64,000 nt of DNA from Amoebophrya sp. A120 (GCA_905178155.1 CAJINV010000001.1:9879865-9943864); one strand, 5' to 3'; positions 1 through 13,696 are shown, numbered from the stretch's first letter. Made by a program: numbers and translations. Notes: a model not told the origin generated them from the sequence alone.

Positions 1-467
1 ACGTAGCACGAGTCTGACTCAAGCAAATTCTCGCTGAAATTTGATGTCAAGAAAGGCGAATCGGTTCAGTGGTTTCTTAACTACCCGTCATCTTCTCAAT
101 GCAAACATGAAATTGCGGTGATGACTTTTTTTTTAAGACTCATGCCTGACTTTAACGAAGGAATGCGCCATCCTCTCACTAGCACGCGGATCTTGGACGT
201 GTCCATAGGACAGTAGCATGGAACAAAACAAATGTATGCGGTTGCAGTGCATGACAACCTAGAAGTCAATTCCTCAACCTCGGACACACGTACATTTCTG
301 GTTCCATTAAGAAAAACACGACAATTTTCTTTTTCGGCTCGAGATTCATGATCAGAGGTGGGGGGGATGATAAATATGGACGGAGATCAAACTGATAAAC
401 TTTTTCGCGTACGTTTGGAATATCGAGAAAGCGCTTTGAGTGAGACAGCAGGCCGTCACACTTTTTT

Positions 468-2594
468 TTAGGCTTTTTCTGGGGACAAACTTGCCGACCG
501 TTGTGCTCTCTCTTCCTGGTCTAGGTTCTCCCTTTTGCGCAGTACTTCTTCCATCTGTTTCTGCAATGCCCACAACTGCTCGTCTAGCTCCTCCTTTGTT
601 TCCTTGTGCTCCTTCTCGTCCGGCAGCAGCGTGTGTCCGTCGTCGGGGCTGTGCGTGTTCTCTTTCGAGCCTTTGCCAGGTGTTGTTGTTTTCTTCGGGG
701 TTTTTAGAGGAGACTTGACGGATGTCAGTCTTGCGGCTTTTTGCTCGACGGCGGCCTTAGCCTGCTCTGCCTCGGCATCTTTCAGAAACCACATTATCCA
801 GTCCATGTTTTCTATCTTTTGTGCAAGCTCCTTTGCTTCTGTAACTGACAGTGACTCCGTCGGCTCTTCTTTCAAACACTTCATTCGCAACTCTGCCCAT
901 TGTCTAGGAGTTCTGCCCTTGTCTTTCTCCTGCTGCACATCCACATCGCTCTTTTCCACACAGGAAAACCTGCGGGCAAACTCGCCCATCGTCGCTGCCT
1001 CGCCGCATTTGTTCGCTGGCAGTTCGTCATCCCAGAGCGCCAGAATCTTCTTCATAGTCCGTGGATCTCCGGAGTAGTCCCTTTGGCCCATGAGTCGGCC
1101 AATCTTCGCAATGTTGTTACCCATGCCCTGGAAGACCTTCCTCGCAAAATGGGAATCCCCGTCGAAGCAGGCTAGATGGAGGTCGTTAAACCCGAACTCG
1201 CCGATGAATTTCCGCCGCTCCTCGTTTACGTCCCGCAGGTGGTGGTGCAGGTTCGGAAAGGCGGAGCACATAAACGCGACGCAAGCGCCCTGGTACCCTT
1301 TCGTACTACTTTCCAGCGGCCGATTGTCTCCGTTTGTCCACCGGGCTGCGAGAAAATCCTGCGCGGCCTCCGAGATATGCTCCACGCCCTGAATGCGCAA
1401 CACACGAAGAAGCTGCGCAAACCCGCGATACCTCTCCTGAGGAGGCCAGTGGTGGTTGTAGGCCTCGGCATCCTGGCGCGCAGCGTCGAGCAGGATTTCG
1501 ATATCGGGATTGTCCCACCACTGCTTGTAATCATCGTGGTTATCATACTTTTGCAAGCACTTCCCGTAGACGCCGTTGTATCTCCAGGAAAATGGAAAGC
1601 GGTGGAGGTGCTTCTGACAATACTGGACTTGCTCGAATAATTCTCGCGGAAGTCTGAAGCCATAGGAGCTATCCGTGCCCAGGGACCCGGCTGCGTCCTG
1701 GCTGTTTGTCTCGGGACTAAACGCAGTACCGTTCTCTGTCTTTGCGTTTCGTTGCTCCGCATCTGCGCTCTCGAAAAGTTTGCGCACGTCTGGACAGCCG
1801 TCGGGCACGAGGTCTACTGCCCTCTTGTTCTCTTCATCGGACCAGTGCCGTAATTTCGGCCATTCCGCCAAAAGCCGACGCACCTCGGCCTCATCTCCGT
1901 GCATCGCAGCGCGATGGAAATCCGTCTGACCGGGCACCGTATCGCTGCTCTTGTTCCGCATCAACATGGCAAGAAGCTCCCTGCGCGAGCGCGTGTCGCC
2001 GGTCAGCTCTTCGTGAAACTTATCGAGTTCCTGCTGAATACGGAGAACAGAGTGATAAACTTCCTTCACCTTGTCTAGCAGAAACAAAAGGAAAGCGGTT
2101 CGAACCGGTCGAGACGAAAACTGCACTGCTGGATCCAAAACCTCTTTTGAAACCTTGGCATGCGCTGCGAGGACTCGCAGCAGCGTGGTCTTCTCCTGGT
2201 TTTTCGTTGCTATATTGTCGAGCCCTTCCGTAAAGTATAACAAGCCGGCGAAACTCTCCGGACAACCCGGAAGCTTCGCTGTCTGGGAGATGATCTGTTT
2301 CCACTCATCGACAACCGGCTTCAATTCCTTCCCGAGCTTCGCGCTCCAATTTGAGAGGCTGCGGTTAACAATACATCTCGTCGCGGCGTCTGTCCGCGCC
2401 TCCTTTTGGTGGCTGCGAAAAAATTGGGAAACCTGTGTCACCTGGGCTCGTTGCTCCTCACTGACCTGGACTTGACTGAGAAGCTCACTGTCTACCCCAG
2501 CCTTTTCGACCCGATCCGGAGGCCTGTACCCGAAGCTCGCCGTGTTGCTTTCGGGAACAGAGCTTTCGTCCGCGCTGCTGTTTTCGATTGCCAT
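468..2594 (-). CDS. Ankyrin-repeat protein (708 aa) with coiled-coil C-terminus
   Basis: Long ORF with ankyrin-like motifs QTDFHRAAMHGDEAEVRRLL and FNDLHLACFDGDSHFARKVF. Confidence 0.7.
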   Translation of the reverse strand: MAIENSSADESSVPESNTASFGYRPPDRVEKAGVDSELLSQVQVSEEQRAQVTQVSQFFRSHQKEARTDAATRCIVNRSLSNWSAKLGKELKPVVDEWKQIISQTAKLPGCPESFAGLLYFTEGLDNIATKNQEKTTLLRVLAAHAKVSKEVLDPAVQFSSRPVRTAFLLFLLDKVKEVYHSVLRIQQELDKFHEELTGDTRSRRELLAMLMRNKSSDTVPGQTDFHRAAMHGDEAEVRRLLAEWPKLRHWSDEENKRAVDLVPDGCPDVRKLFESADAEQRNAKTENGTAFSPETNSQDAAGSLGTDSSYGFRLPRELFEQVQYCQKHLHRFPFSWRYNGVYGKCLQKYDNHDDYKQWWDNPDIEILLDAARQDAEAYNHHWPPQERYRGFAQLLRVLRIQGVEHISEAAQDFLAARWTNGDNRPLESSTKGYQGACVAFMCSAFPNLHHHLRDVNEERRKFIGEFGFNDLHLACFDGDSHFARKVFQGMGNNIAKIGRLMGQRDYSGDPRTMKKILALWDDELPANKCGEAATMGEFARRFSCVEKSDVDVQQEKDKGRTPRQWAELRMKCLKEEPTESLSVTEAKELAQKIENMDWIMWFLKDAEAEQAKAAVEQKAARLTSVKSPLKTPKKTTTPGKGSKENTHSPDDGHTLLPDEKEHKETKEELDEQLWALQKQMEEVLRKRENLDQEERAQRSASLSPEKA

Positions 2595-3066
2595 CTTCGG
2601 AGCTTAACTGTTTCAGCAGCTTGTTGCTCGCGCCCTCAAAGAGCTGATTATGTAGCTTGCCATGTTGCAATCTGACTGTCTTCAAAGAAAATCTTCTGGC
2701 AAACACACGCGAAGTGAGAAGTGGTAATCTATTGCTTTTCCATAGCGAAAAAAGAGTAAATTCATCAGTAGGTTTGAAAAGTCGCTGAGAGGAAGAAAAC
2801 ATTGACTGGAAAAAAAAAATGAAAGCAGACGATTGATTGGATCGCGTACTGCACAACGCGCGGCTTGCAACAAAAAACCTTTGCGACGCCATGGTCAGAA
2901 CACGACATCCTCTACTGGGCTTTGCACATCACACTTTCTGTGCGAAATGGCCAGAAAACAACTCCCTTTCGCATTCGCTGTTTAAATGTCGCTTTACTGT
3001 ACTGCCTTTTGCATGTACACGGTGTCGCTGTAATAACAAAGAAATGAGCATGATCACTTCACTCCA

Positions 3067-4405
3067 TTAGCTCGTGTTTTTGTTTTTATTTCCACTTCCT
3101 TTGGGATTGAAATCTACCCAGTCGTCCCAAGCTCGCTGCTTTGCCTCCTTTCTGTCCTCCTCCTCCCGCTCCGCACGGTACTCAGCAGTCGCGCTATCGT
3201 CGTCGTAGCGATTGCTGATCGACAGGTTCTTCTCTTGAAATTCCTGCACCACTTTTTGGTCCTTCTCGAATTTCTGGTCGGCCAGCTTCGCCATTTCGTA
3301 ATCGGCGTACTCCGCAAGCGTTACGGTGGGCATCGGAATATCGGGCTGAAACACGGCGTCCTGGAAAAGCTTCTTCAGTTCGCTAGGATCGCGAATGGAT
3401 ATCTGCCACGGACGCTTTTTCTGCTCGGCGTCTGGGCCTTGAAAAGAGGGCGGAGCGTTCTTGCGTGCGCTGTTTTGCGAAGTTGAAGTAAAAGATTAGT
3501 GCTCCTAGCAATTGGAAGAAAACTTTTCAACGCATGACATTTTCATGGATCAACTTGGCACAAGATACGACAAGCAAAAAAAAACCTACCTGAACATCTC
3601 CAGCATGGGCAACTCCCGTTTCGCGCCTGTGATCTCCTCGATGCAGTGTAGCACCCCTCGGCGAAGCATATTGAGGATACACGTCCTCGCCATGTCCTCA
3701 TCGATGCCACCACCCGTCCAAGCGTCCTCCTCACTGCCCATTTTTGCGACGCGAGCAAAAAAGTAATCAACTTTTTCCTCGAGCGATTTGTCGCGGCGAA
3801 ACCTTTTTTACGATTGTGCAAGTCAGTGCATACCAATGAAAGTCAACATCACATACCTACTCGGTAGTAGGTTCTCTTTCGTGCAAAACCCAAGCTGATG
3901 AAAAAAAGCAATTTAGCTAAAGATGACTAAAGTCAGCGAAGACGCTCTCCTACCTCGATATTTTCGCCTCCCGCATCCTGGCTGCGTCCCTGCTTTCCTC
4001 CTCGTAGGCTGCGTCCTGGTCTTCCGCGTCGATCAAATTGAATCTGCCGGCGCGACTGAGAAACATCTGCCAGCTGATGATGGCTGCGGACAGAGATTTT
4101 GCTCGTGTTTCCATGTCCATGTCCGATGCGAGAACATCGCCGACAAACTGGGGCAGCAAGAGGTATTTCAAGTCCTCAGTGAGTAATTCGTCTAGTTCTT
4201 CGTTTTCGGAAAATACACTACTTCTCTCCACCTCGGTCACGAGTTTTTTCAGCTCCGCAGCCAGTGTTTTGTCGGCTCCGCCGTTGGCTTTTGCGTTTTT
4301 CACGCGGGGGTACAGCCGGTAAAACCGCTGCGAAAGGGATTCGCCCGAGGGCCCGCCAGCATTTTCTGCAGGCGCACTGCTGCTGCTACTCGCGGTTCCA
4401 GCCAT
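3067..4405 (-). CDS. TAP42: TAP42/alpha4 (IGBP1) PP2A regulatory protein, 3 exons
   Basis: VFSENEELDELLTEDLKYLLLP, REAKISRFRRDK, PTVTLAEY and C-terminal RAWDDWVDFNPKGSGNK; two GT-AG introns (~3803-3953 and ~3470-3590) join the frames. Confidence 0.9.
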
Positions 4406-5679
4406 AGGTAAGCAGTAATTCAGTCTGGGGTAGGGGTGGGCTACGAAACAAGAGTGAAAAGACTCAATTGTTTATCTTCCTTTATTTCGCTTTGCGTAAC
4501 TTAGGGCGAGAACAGCATTCGAGTCAACCAAAAGTCGTAGGTGGGAAAAGCGGAGGGGTGGACAACCGTTGAAGATCCTGTTCTCATTGATTTGCAGCCA
4601 TTGATTCAAACGAGATAGCATCAACAAAGTTGTTCTCAACAAAAGAACTCACAGCGATTGGGCTCGCTGACTATTCACATGATTTTCTTCGTTTTGCAGA
4701 ATAGATCGATCAAGGATCGGTTTCTGCGCAGCTATTTCATCGGCGACCAACGAGCCTGCTGTGCTCCAACATTGAACACGTTTTTATTTCTTCAGAAAAG
4801 GCATGATATACTCATACGCAATACGTTTGTTACCTTGCAAAAGAACATACGCAAGGTAAAAGACATTTGAATCTGTTCCTCTTAGCAAACAACGGCTGCA
4901 TGCTTGAAGGCACAATTCCGCTTTTTCTCTAGCGATATTTCAACCAAAACCCCGTCTCATTGCAGAACTATTTGAATCAGAAGCACTGTTTTTTTCACAG
5001 CTTGTTGAAGAAAAGGCGTTAAAGAGCAGGGGTAAACGCCTACCTAACTCGTTGATGGACCCTCGATGGACACGAGACAACAATGAGCTTCGTAGTCGTG
5101 GTCCCTCAAAAAGACATAGAACTACCTTACTACCACGACTACGTATTACATGACTCTTTGGCTTACCTATATCTCTTGACTTTTGTCCTAAGCCTAGTAT
5201 CTATGAACACTTCTTTTTTTATGTTTTCGTGTGTACCATCATAATTTGTTTCGCACTACTTATGAACCTTTTGTTCCCTGCAACCGAAAATTTATTAGAT
5301 ATGAAAATCCCCCTGAAATCTACTGCTTTAGCTGCATCACGTTGGCCTGTGATACCCATAGCCTTCATGACTAGGAGCAACAAACCTTGTCCTCCAAGAT
5401 GATACCGCAAGCAGTGGTCTGGGCAATTCGGTAGAGCTGCGGAGGCGAAGAGCATCTGTAGGGCCTCATGGAGTAACAAGAATCAGCGAGACCTCGAGAT
5501 TCACGCACCCCCGACGGATGTACCTGTCAGAGACATGAATAAAACTGTTTGTAACCGGTGGACGTCTGGGCTCAATCTCAAAGAGCGCGCCGACAGTGTG
5601 AAAAAACTTGCACAAAACAAGCCAAAAAACGTTCGCTTCTATGACGATTCTAACTCTAAGCTGGTTCATCAAAACATAC

Positions 5680-8600
5680 CCTCCGCAAGGCTGCTGCTTT
5701 TCCACGATTCGTAAAATTGTTTCATATTCGCACCGCTATGGATGGCCTGCAGCACATCGGCTAACGGTGGACCGTCGGAAGCAGTTTCCTTTGCGGACTT
5801 CGGTGACAACGTTTTCGGGTTCGATTCGGAACTCTCATCCTCTTTCGAAGACCGCGCCGAGTCCAGTTTGAAGTCGTCGTCTTCCGGTAAGTTCTCTCTT
5901 TTTGTTTCTGCATTTGTATCTCCCGGCGCTTCGTCCACAGTCGTAACATCCAGGTCCACAAACTCCCGGGCCGGGTCACGCATGGCCTCCAAATCCAGCA
6001 CGTCATCGTCATCATCCACCACGTTGTTTTTCGCCTGATCGAAAGACCCGCTCTCGGAAGACAGCGATCCCTGTTTGTCATTTCCCTTGCCTTTCCCCTC
6101 ACGCTTGCCCTCATCGCTGTTCTCACTGTCCGTCGACAGGGTGGACAATTTCGTCAGCTTCGGAATGCGCGCCACATCCTCGTCGCCCGTTACGCGCATC
6201 ACCGCCTGTAATTCGTCCCACAGCTGCTCGCCGCCGACCTGCTCCGCAAGGTTGGTCGGGTTTTCGGTCGTTTGAAAAATTTTCGTCGACGTGTGCCTCC
6301 TATTCGTCACGTCGTAAAAGGTCGGAACCCTGTTTTTCTTCTTCTTGGGCCTGGGATTATTCTCGACTTGTTTGGTCAGCCCCGCGTTTTGCTGTAACTT
6401 GCTGATGTTGGCTCCACCCGGGCTAACATCCACGTTTGCATTCATCTCGTTCGCATCCGCTTTATTCGCAACGTCCAGATCTGGCTCAAGACCTTCGCCA
6501 AATATCTCGTCCAGGTCATCTTGCAGTTGATTCGACGACGTTCCAGCCTTGTCACCCCGCTCGTGGCTACCCTGTTGGATCATAGCCGACAACAGAATCA
6601 TCATGACAATGAAATGTCGAATGGAAAGTGTTGAAAATTTTCAAGTAACGCCACAATGCAAACATCGCCTCTGTACATCATGCAAAAGAAACACACAGCC
6701 ACAACAGCAGCCAATTCAAGTCCTTACCTCATCATCGGCATCCCCGTCGCTCTCGGAGTTTCTCCTGCCTCTCGAGCGACTTCTTCTGCTGTCCTTCGAG
6801 CCTGTTCTTTTCTTGTTCGGCGAAGCCTTTCCACGCGGTGACCTTTCTTTCGATCGAGATTTCCGTGACGACATTTTTTCTTCCTTCTCCCGAAACTCTG
6901 AGTACCCACCCCCGACGAGGCCCCCGCCGCGCACCGGCGACTTATTTCCATCGGCCCTTCGCACCTTATTTTCATCCTCATCGGATAAAAACCCGGCTGC
7001 ACCTCCATCGAGGTCGCTCTTCTTCCGCTCCGACTTCAGCTTTTTCTTCGTCGGGGAACCCTGTGGAAGTAGGGGCTCCTTGCTCTTCGACCGCTTCCGC
7101 CGCTGCTGCTGCTGGAGCAACAATGCCTCGTCCTCCTCATCGATGCCAAACTCCGCCTGATCCTGGCGCATCTTCTCCTGGACGATCATGCGGTCAAAGA
7201 CCGCCGGGTCTTTGCCCTCCCGGATCCATTGCTCTCGGCGCCGCTTTACGATCACCTCGCGCACGCTCTTTTTGCATGTCTCCATGTGCCACATGTGCCG
7301 TGGGTGGCAGTCCTTGCGCGCGAAGGGGTTGAGCTCCGCCGGCTTGGCGGTCTTTTCCGTTTCTAAAAGAGTACTGGGCAAATTGTGCTGTTTCGCAAAC
7401 TCCAGATCCTTCTTCAGTTGTTGCTGCTTGACCACGGCGGACCTTTCCGCTTCCGCGCGCCGGTGGTCCAAGATGTCCTGATTCCGCATGTTGCGCTCGT
7501 TGATCATGCAGATCGCCTGCATGCGCTCGTCGGCCTCGAACTTCTGCCGGTTTTTCTTCACCGCCGCGAGGACCGGCGGCAGAACAGTGTCGACAAGCAG
7601 CTGCCTTTCCTCCTGAATGTTTATCACCGTCGCGGTGTCCTCACACTTTGCGATTTGCTGCGCGTGCGCGCGCTCGTCGTGCTCCAATTCCTTCAGTCGG
7701 AACGAGGGCGTGATGAACCGGTGTTCCGGCCTTTGCACCAGCACCCGGGCGGTCTTCTCCTCGTCGAAGACGAAGTTGCGCACGATTATCTTCTTGTGCC
7801 AGGGCGGGTACTCGTGCATCTGGTCCCGCTCGCTCCGGTTCCGGTCCACCCGGACCTCGGTCTCCCCGTCCATTTGGGAGGTAAACCTCACCAGCTTCTC
7901 GTCCGTTTCCCAGTCGAAACCCGTACAGCCCCGCTGGAACCACTCCATGGTGAGGAAATTGGTCACTTCGGCCTTGGGGACTTCGTCGTCGTCCACGATG
8001 ACGGAGATGGGCTTCGTGATTACCGTGCACTTCTTGTTCTCGGGCAAAATGTCGCCAAGGTCCGTCCACGGGTAGCGCACCGCGGTCACCACGGCATTGC
8101 ACTTGCGGGTCTTTCCCTCCTCCCCGAACTGGCAGCTGTACTCCTTCTCCCCGTGCCGGAAGTCCACGATCCGGGCCAGGCAGTTCGCCGCCCCACCGTT
8201 CGCGTTGTTCTCGTAGTACTCGCCGCGCAGCGGGATGCGATCCACCTTCGAGGGTTTTTGTTGAGATGTGAATTCATGAAGCAATCGCACCGCACGGAAC
8301 TCTTTCGGATGGTACCAAATATAGCCGCCGGGGCGGAGGTAGTGAGGTCGTGGGCGTTTTCTTGCCGGCCGTCGCCTTGGCCGCGGCTTTGCTTTTTCTG
8401 GGCTCGCCATACCGTCCCGAGTAACGATAGGCCGCACGGTATGGCGGCCGCTTGGTGAACATCGCAAATTTTGGCAAATTTCCGCGATTCCTTTCCGAAA
8501 GCCAGCCCCCATGCTATGGGGCCGATCCGGGCGCCAAGGGGGGCGCCCAAAAAGCGAAGAAAAATCGGGCCCATAGCATGCGGATTGGCTTTGCGCGTCT

Positions 8601-9460
8601 GGCGCGCTTTTTCTCTTTTGGGTTTTTACTTTTCTCGCCGGCGCTTTTTGCAAAGCTTCCCAGGCTCTGAAACCGGCGAAAAGGCGGCGGCTTTCGCGGC
8701 CGCCCAAAATGCTCCGAAATCGCGGCCGTGCCATGCTGTTTCGCTGTTCTGATTTTGGGCGCGTTTTTTGCGCGCTCCTTTTTGGGCGACCCAAATCGCC
8801 AGAAACTAAGGCGGTGGGCGCCTCAGAAGGGCGCCCCTTTTGCCGGCTCCCCTGCGTCGTTTTATCAAGTGCGTATCGATAGTTTTCGACCGGGCTTGTT
8901 TGTTGGCAAAGCCCCGGAGGCTTGATAATTGAAGACTTTTTTTGTCAAAAAACGCTTCCGGCCGCTTGAAAACTGCCGGTCGTTTTTCAGGGTAGCTGTC
9001 AAAAAAACTCCCTGGTTAGAACCGTTCGGTGACCTCACTACATACAATAAAATCATGATACGTGAAGATGCTTTTTTTATTGTGCTTTTTTTATTGTTCA
9101 TTGTGCACTTCGGAAGAAACCGAAACACGACGATCTCATCTTTGATACTTTTATGTCCTGCGACGTAGAGGCCAGCGAGTCTCGAGGACGCTCTGAGACC
9201 TTGAAGTTGCGTTCCTTTTTCAAAATCCACAACGTGTTTCCCTGTTTGTGCACGGAGTACCCATGCGTGAGAAAGGACTCCAAACCCCATCGGTGCAGTT
9301 GGTACTTTTTTTCCTCGTCTTTTTTGTCGGAGAGGACATCCCCGTACTCGCAGTCTCCAGCTTCACAGTTTGCACACTTCCAGCAGAGCTCGTTCTTCCA
9401 ACTGTCGTCCTTGCCCTGAAGAAAATCCATCTCCATACCGTACCCAATTCCTTCCAGCAT
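5680..9460 (-). CDS. Rtf1-like PAF1 complex subunit (Plus3 domain) with long acidic/basic tail; multi-exon, 3' end and the 8250-9150 junction unresolved
   Basis: QLHRWGLESFLTH resembles the start of Plus3; CLARIVDF..EKEY resembles the Plus3 core; NPFARKDCHP resembles the Rtf1 C-terminal motif; GT-AG intron ~6572-6727 joins ORF 6716-8794 to ORF 5669-6604 in phase 0. Confidence 0.6.
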
Positions 9461-9865
9461 CTTACTCTCCTCCTCTTTACCTAGAGAATTTATTGTCAGT
9501 CAACTTCTCCACAACTGCGGGTCACGCTCGTTTTTTGGTTTTTGAGCTTTAACTTTTACGCAACAAGAAATTGGCATTCACAAGAAATTGATTTTCGACT
9601 CTCCAGGACTTCGACTTCCAGTTTTTACGTCGAGCAGAGGACAAAAAGAATCAAAAACGTACGTGCGCTCTCTGCGTCTGCAGCCACTCGTACAAACATT
9701 CCGACAGCCAAGCTGGTGCGTTCTGGATCCGGAAACTGATTGATGCGGTACAGATCGCTCCGCGTAAGACACGAGTTTTGGATACCTGTGGCAAGGATGA
9801 CAAAAAGATCTATCATAAGATCTACACATAAGAAACAGCAAGACGTATCTATTGATGCTACATGC

Positions 9866-12562
9866 TCAAAAACAAACTCGATGCAAAAAAGAAACAAGCT
9901 CTGCACCGCCCTTTCCGCAGTGATTCCAAAACTTTTCCAAGAAAAATTGCTGATCCAGCTTGAACTGCGGTCGGCGGTGGGCGAATTTCTTCAGGTTCTC
10001 GGTGCTCGCGACCAGTGGGTCTTTGGACATATCCTCCGGGGCTTCTCGCTTCTGGCCTTCCCCGTAGGCAACGAGGTCCGCGAAGTTATCGACATCCTCA
10101 TATTTGCTGCGCCAGTCCTTCGCTTCCTGTGACGCGGGCACGATAGACTTGTTCGATTCGCCGTAACTCTTACTGCCGTCGTTCCACCCGTCCTGCGCGT
10201 CTTTCGCGCCGAAGGCTCCGGCCTCGCCGTCGTACAGGCTGCCGACGTCGTCGAGCGCGCCGGGCAGCATGGACTCGGGGTTTGAGATGTTGTCCTCCGC
10301 CATCTGCGCGTCGTGGGGCAACCAGCTCGGCTTGCTGTTGCCCCACCCGTGGGACTGGTACGAGGACTGCTGGTCGTTGTTCAGAAAGGTCCAGTGCGAG
10401 GGCGCTGCGCTCCCGTAGTAGGAGTGGTTGTCTGCCTGATCTGGCACGACCTCCTCTTCGACGATCTCCTCCTCGATCAGCTCCTCCTTAAACGAAGGGC
10501 GTTTTGCGTTCCGCCGTTCTGCGGACGAGGGGGGCGCCATTTCTTGATTCGCGCCGAAATAATTTGAGCCGTATGTCTGATAAGAGGCGACCGACGCATC
10601 GTCGCGCGCCGTGCTGCCCGAAGGGTAGGGGTTTGCGAACGAGCCCGCAATCGTGCTCGGCGCCCGGTGCGTTCCGTTTACGGATGAAGCCACGTCGAAA
10701 GCTAGTTTTTTTTTTTTTTGAGTTGGTATCGAGAGGACTGCAATTTGTTTTATAGGTGGCGCATTTTATCGAAACTTGCACAAGCCGAGCCGTAAACAGA
10801 TGAACCGTAGTACAGCAAAATAACGCGACGAGGACTTCGAATTTCAAAACTTGCGACATTTGTTGAAAATACGCGCATTTGCGGTTTCGTGCGGCAACAG
10901 CGCGTTGGAATGGCTGCTTGATGGCGGTAAGCCCAGGGAAGAAGCCGGGGTATTGTACCCGCCGTAGTGCTCTTCCTCAATGATTTCTTCTTCCACAATT
11001 TCCTCCTCTACAATTTCTCTACTTCCCTGCTCCGGCGTGGGGACCTCCTCATCAACGACCTCCTCCATCACTAGTACATCTTCTTCCCCAACCGGGGACT
11101 GCAGCTGACTTCTACTTGTATTCGCCGTGTCGCCAGGAACTGCTTCTGATTGCGGAGAGTGAAGGCTGCTCTGCGCAGCAACTACGCCCGGGGCAGAGCT
11201 TGCAGGGCTTTCGCTTGTCGTGCCCTGTTTACTTGATGCCGCAGCGGGCGCTTGTCTTGCATGATCTTGCTCTTCTCCGGAAACTTGTGACTCCGGCGCG
11301 CTTTTAGGAATTTGGCCGTGGTCCCATGGACCACCTTGAGGTCGTGAGCTGGCATTTGCATCATTGTTGTTCCGCTGACCTAGTACTTCCCCCTGTCGAC
11401 GCGCCTGCTCAACACGAGCATTCGAACTGCTGCTGCTGCTACTGCTGCTGGAACCAACATTTTCTTCGTCTTCGTCCCTCCAGCCCTCGATGATGGGACC
11501 GCGTGTTGCCGTTGCAGGGCAAGTTATTTCAGAAATGAACGGGGGCCGCAGCTCTTCCAAAAATTTGGGTAGAATGGACTTCGGCACGCTGGGCTCTTTC
11601 ACGTCTGGCGTTAGCTCGCGGAGGAGGTCCCAGAGTGCGCCCTCTCCTGGATCATCTGGCTGCTTTTCGCAGAATCCCCAGATTTCACCTCTGGGATTCT
11701 GCCAATATTGTCCTTTTTTAATATTCCCCTGCACGCCCTGTAGTCAGTGTCACGTTGTCGATCAAATATTCATATCGATCCCCTGTTGCCAACATGCTTT
11801 TGCTCACGACTGACAATCCTCTTTTGCAAACGTATCTATCACTTCTGCTCTGATGATTGATCTGAAACTTTTTGCTGGTGCGAGTGCACACTAAAAAAAG
11901 TAGTTCGTACTTACCAGCGGGAGCCAGAACTCGATGGGCGGCAGCTTTCCGTACACCCAGTACCCGTCTTGGTCCTTCTCGGCCGGGGCTTCGTTCACGG
12001 ACATTTCCGAAAACTCCTCGATCGCATCGTCCAAAAGCAATTGCCGCCCCGCTTCGGACTGCTTTCCCGCCGCTGAGGACTGTTTCCTCGCAGCATGCGA
12101 CTCTCTCCTCGCAGCCTTCGCAGCTTCTTCCGTCTTCCGCCGGTCGCACGCCGCTTGTATTTCCGCATCTGTGGGGCGGCGGGGTGCGCCCCTCGGGGGA
12201 TTCTGTGCGGCCTTCATCCGCGCAATCTGAGCCGCTGCCAGTGCAGCAGCCTCGGCCTCCATCGACGTCCTCGAATAGGGCTTATCGAAATCCGGCTTGA
12301 GAATCGGATTTTTTTCAGCGAGGCTTTTCTTTTTTTCAGCGAGGCTCTTATTTTTTTCCGCGAGAAAGGTTGACTCGCTGCGTTTCTGCCGCCCCATTTC
12401 GAGCTTCCGCCGGTGGGCCTCCAGGGCCGCATTCGCTGACGGGCGGGAAGCGCGCGGCGGTGGAGGTTTCGCTTTAGCCTTGGCCGGGGCCGACCTCCGC
12501 GTTTCAGGTGGAGGTGCGGGCGCCGCGGGAGCCGGCTGTCTCTGGTGATCACTGCTACTCAT
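9866..12562 (-). CDS. Hypothetical low-complexity protein, probably 3 exons
   Basis: Three collinear ORFs (11891-12562, 10844-11734, 9866-10693) separated by AT-rich segments with GTAAGT donor / AG acceptor; repeated EEEIVEEE motifs. Confidence 0.5.
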
Positions 12563-13696
12563 TCTGCGAGTTGTTCTCCTCGATCCTCCAGCAGGCGGGC
12601 CAAATTCAATGAATACAGTGTGTGACCGTCCAAACTGGGATGAAGACTGCAGGGCTAGCTACGAATGCACTGCCGCAATCGCACGCGGGCGTCCGTCGAC
12701 TGCAGTGTCGTTGCCGCAGATGCAGTTCCCTGGCTAATTCGCGGCTCTTTTCCTTCGTCGATTTTACAGTCTTAGAGCTAAAGCTTGCACAGAATAACGA
12801 AGCCACGCTTGGAAGGTAAGTGCCAAGAACAGATTTCCACAGATAAAAGAAAGTAAGTGCCTGCCTCTAGAAACTTCTTCCAGTACGAGAGCGAATCAGC
12901 GAGAATGAGAAAGCACCACGACAGATTTTATACTTCACGAGCTTCAAAAACAGAATGTTCGTCCGCCATTCGGAAGCCACTGTTGAGTTTGAGTTTTTGT
13001 GTGACAAAAGATGTTGATTCTCTGAGAACGAGACTGCCGTCTTGGCTTTGTGGGTTGGAAGTAAAGGATCGTTGCGGACGCAAAAAACTTCACGGGAGTA
13101 GAAAACTCGCGTAAAGTAGTTTCTGTTCCGCAAATAGCTTGCTTCTACCTCTAGCAATCACGATGTGTAAGTTCTGACAGACAATTCCTTTAGATGTTCT
13201 ATGATTGATGCGTCCGACAGTTCCGATGCTTCCAATGAAGCACGGAGAGGACGATGCAGGGAGTAGAAAAAAATGACCACGGGCGCGGATCTTTAGTTAT
13301 GACGTCACAACGCAGCTCATCTTCGGCACGAACATGCTGTGCTAATGCTGCTTTGATAAAGTCAGCTTCTGCGCAAGCAAACCGCTTCGCTCAAGGATCT
13401 CTTTCTGCTTCACAGTTTCATACATCTATCACCTGCAAAACGTTTCTCTTGTTCGTTTTCGGATTCATTCTACAGTTTTTGATGCTGTTCTATAAAGCAG
13501 TCGAAACAGATCGTCTTATCGCCTGACAGTACTACTTGACCAGATAGAAACATTCACTGACGCCCGGTATTGGGCAGTCTGTGACAGTCTTCCTTGTGCA
13601 TTCAGTTGAAATTGAAAAGGTTCCATTGTAGGATAGAAGTTGTACATCATACATTTAGAGTTGATATCTCGTCCGGCTCCACCAGCTTCTTCCCCC

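Noticed and set aside
7385-8458. Long plus-strand ORFs (also 16006-16902, 17764-18789, 46498-47415, 57075-58043)
   Set aside because: Antisense shadows of GC3-rich minus-strand genes, with no recognisable motifs
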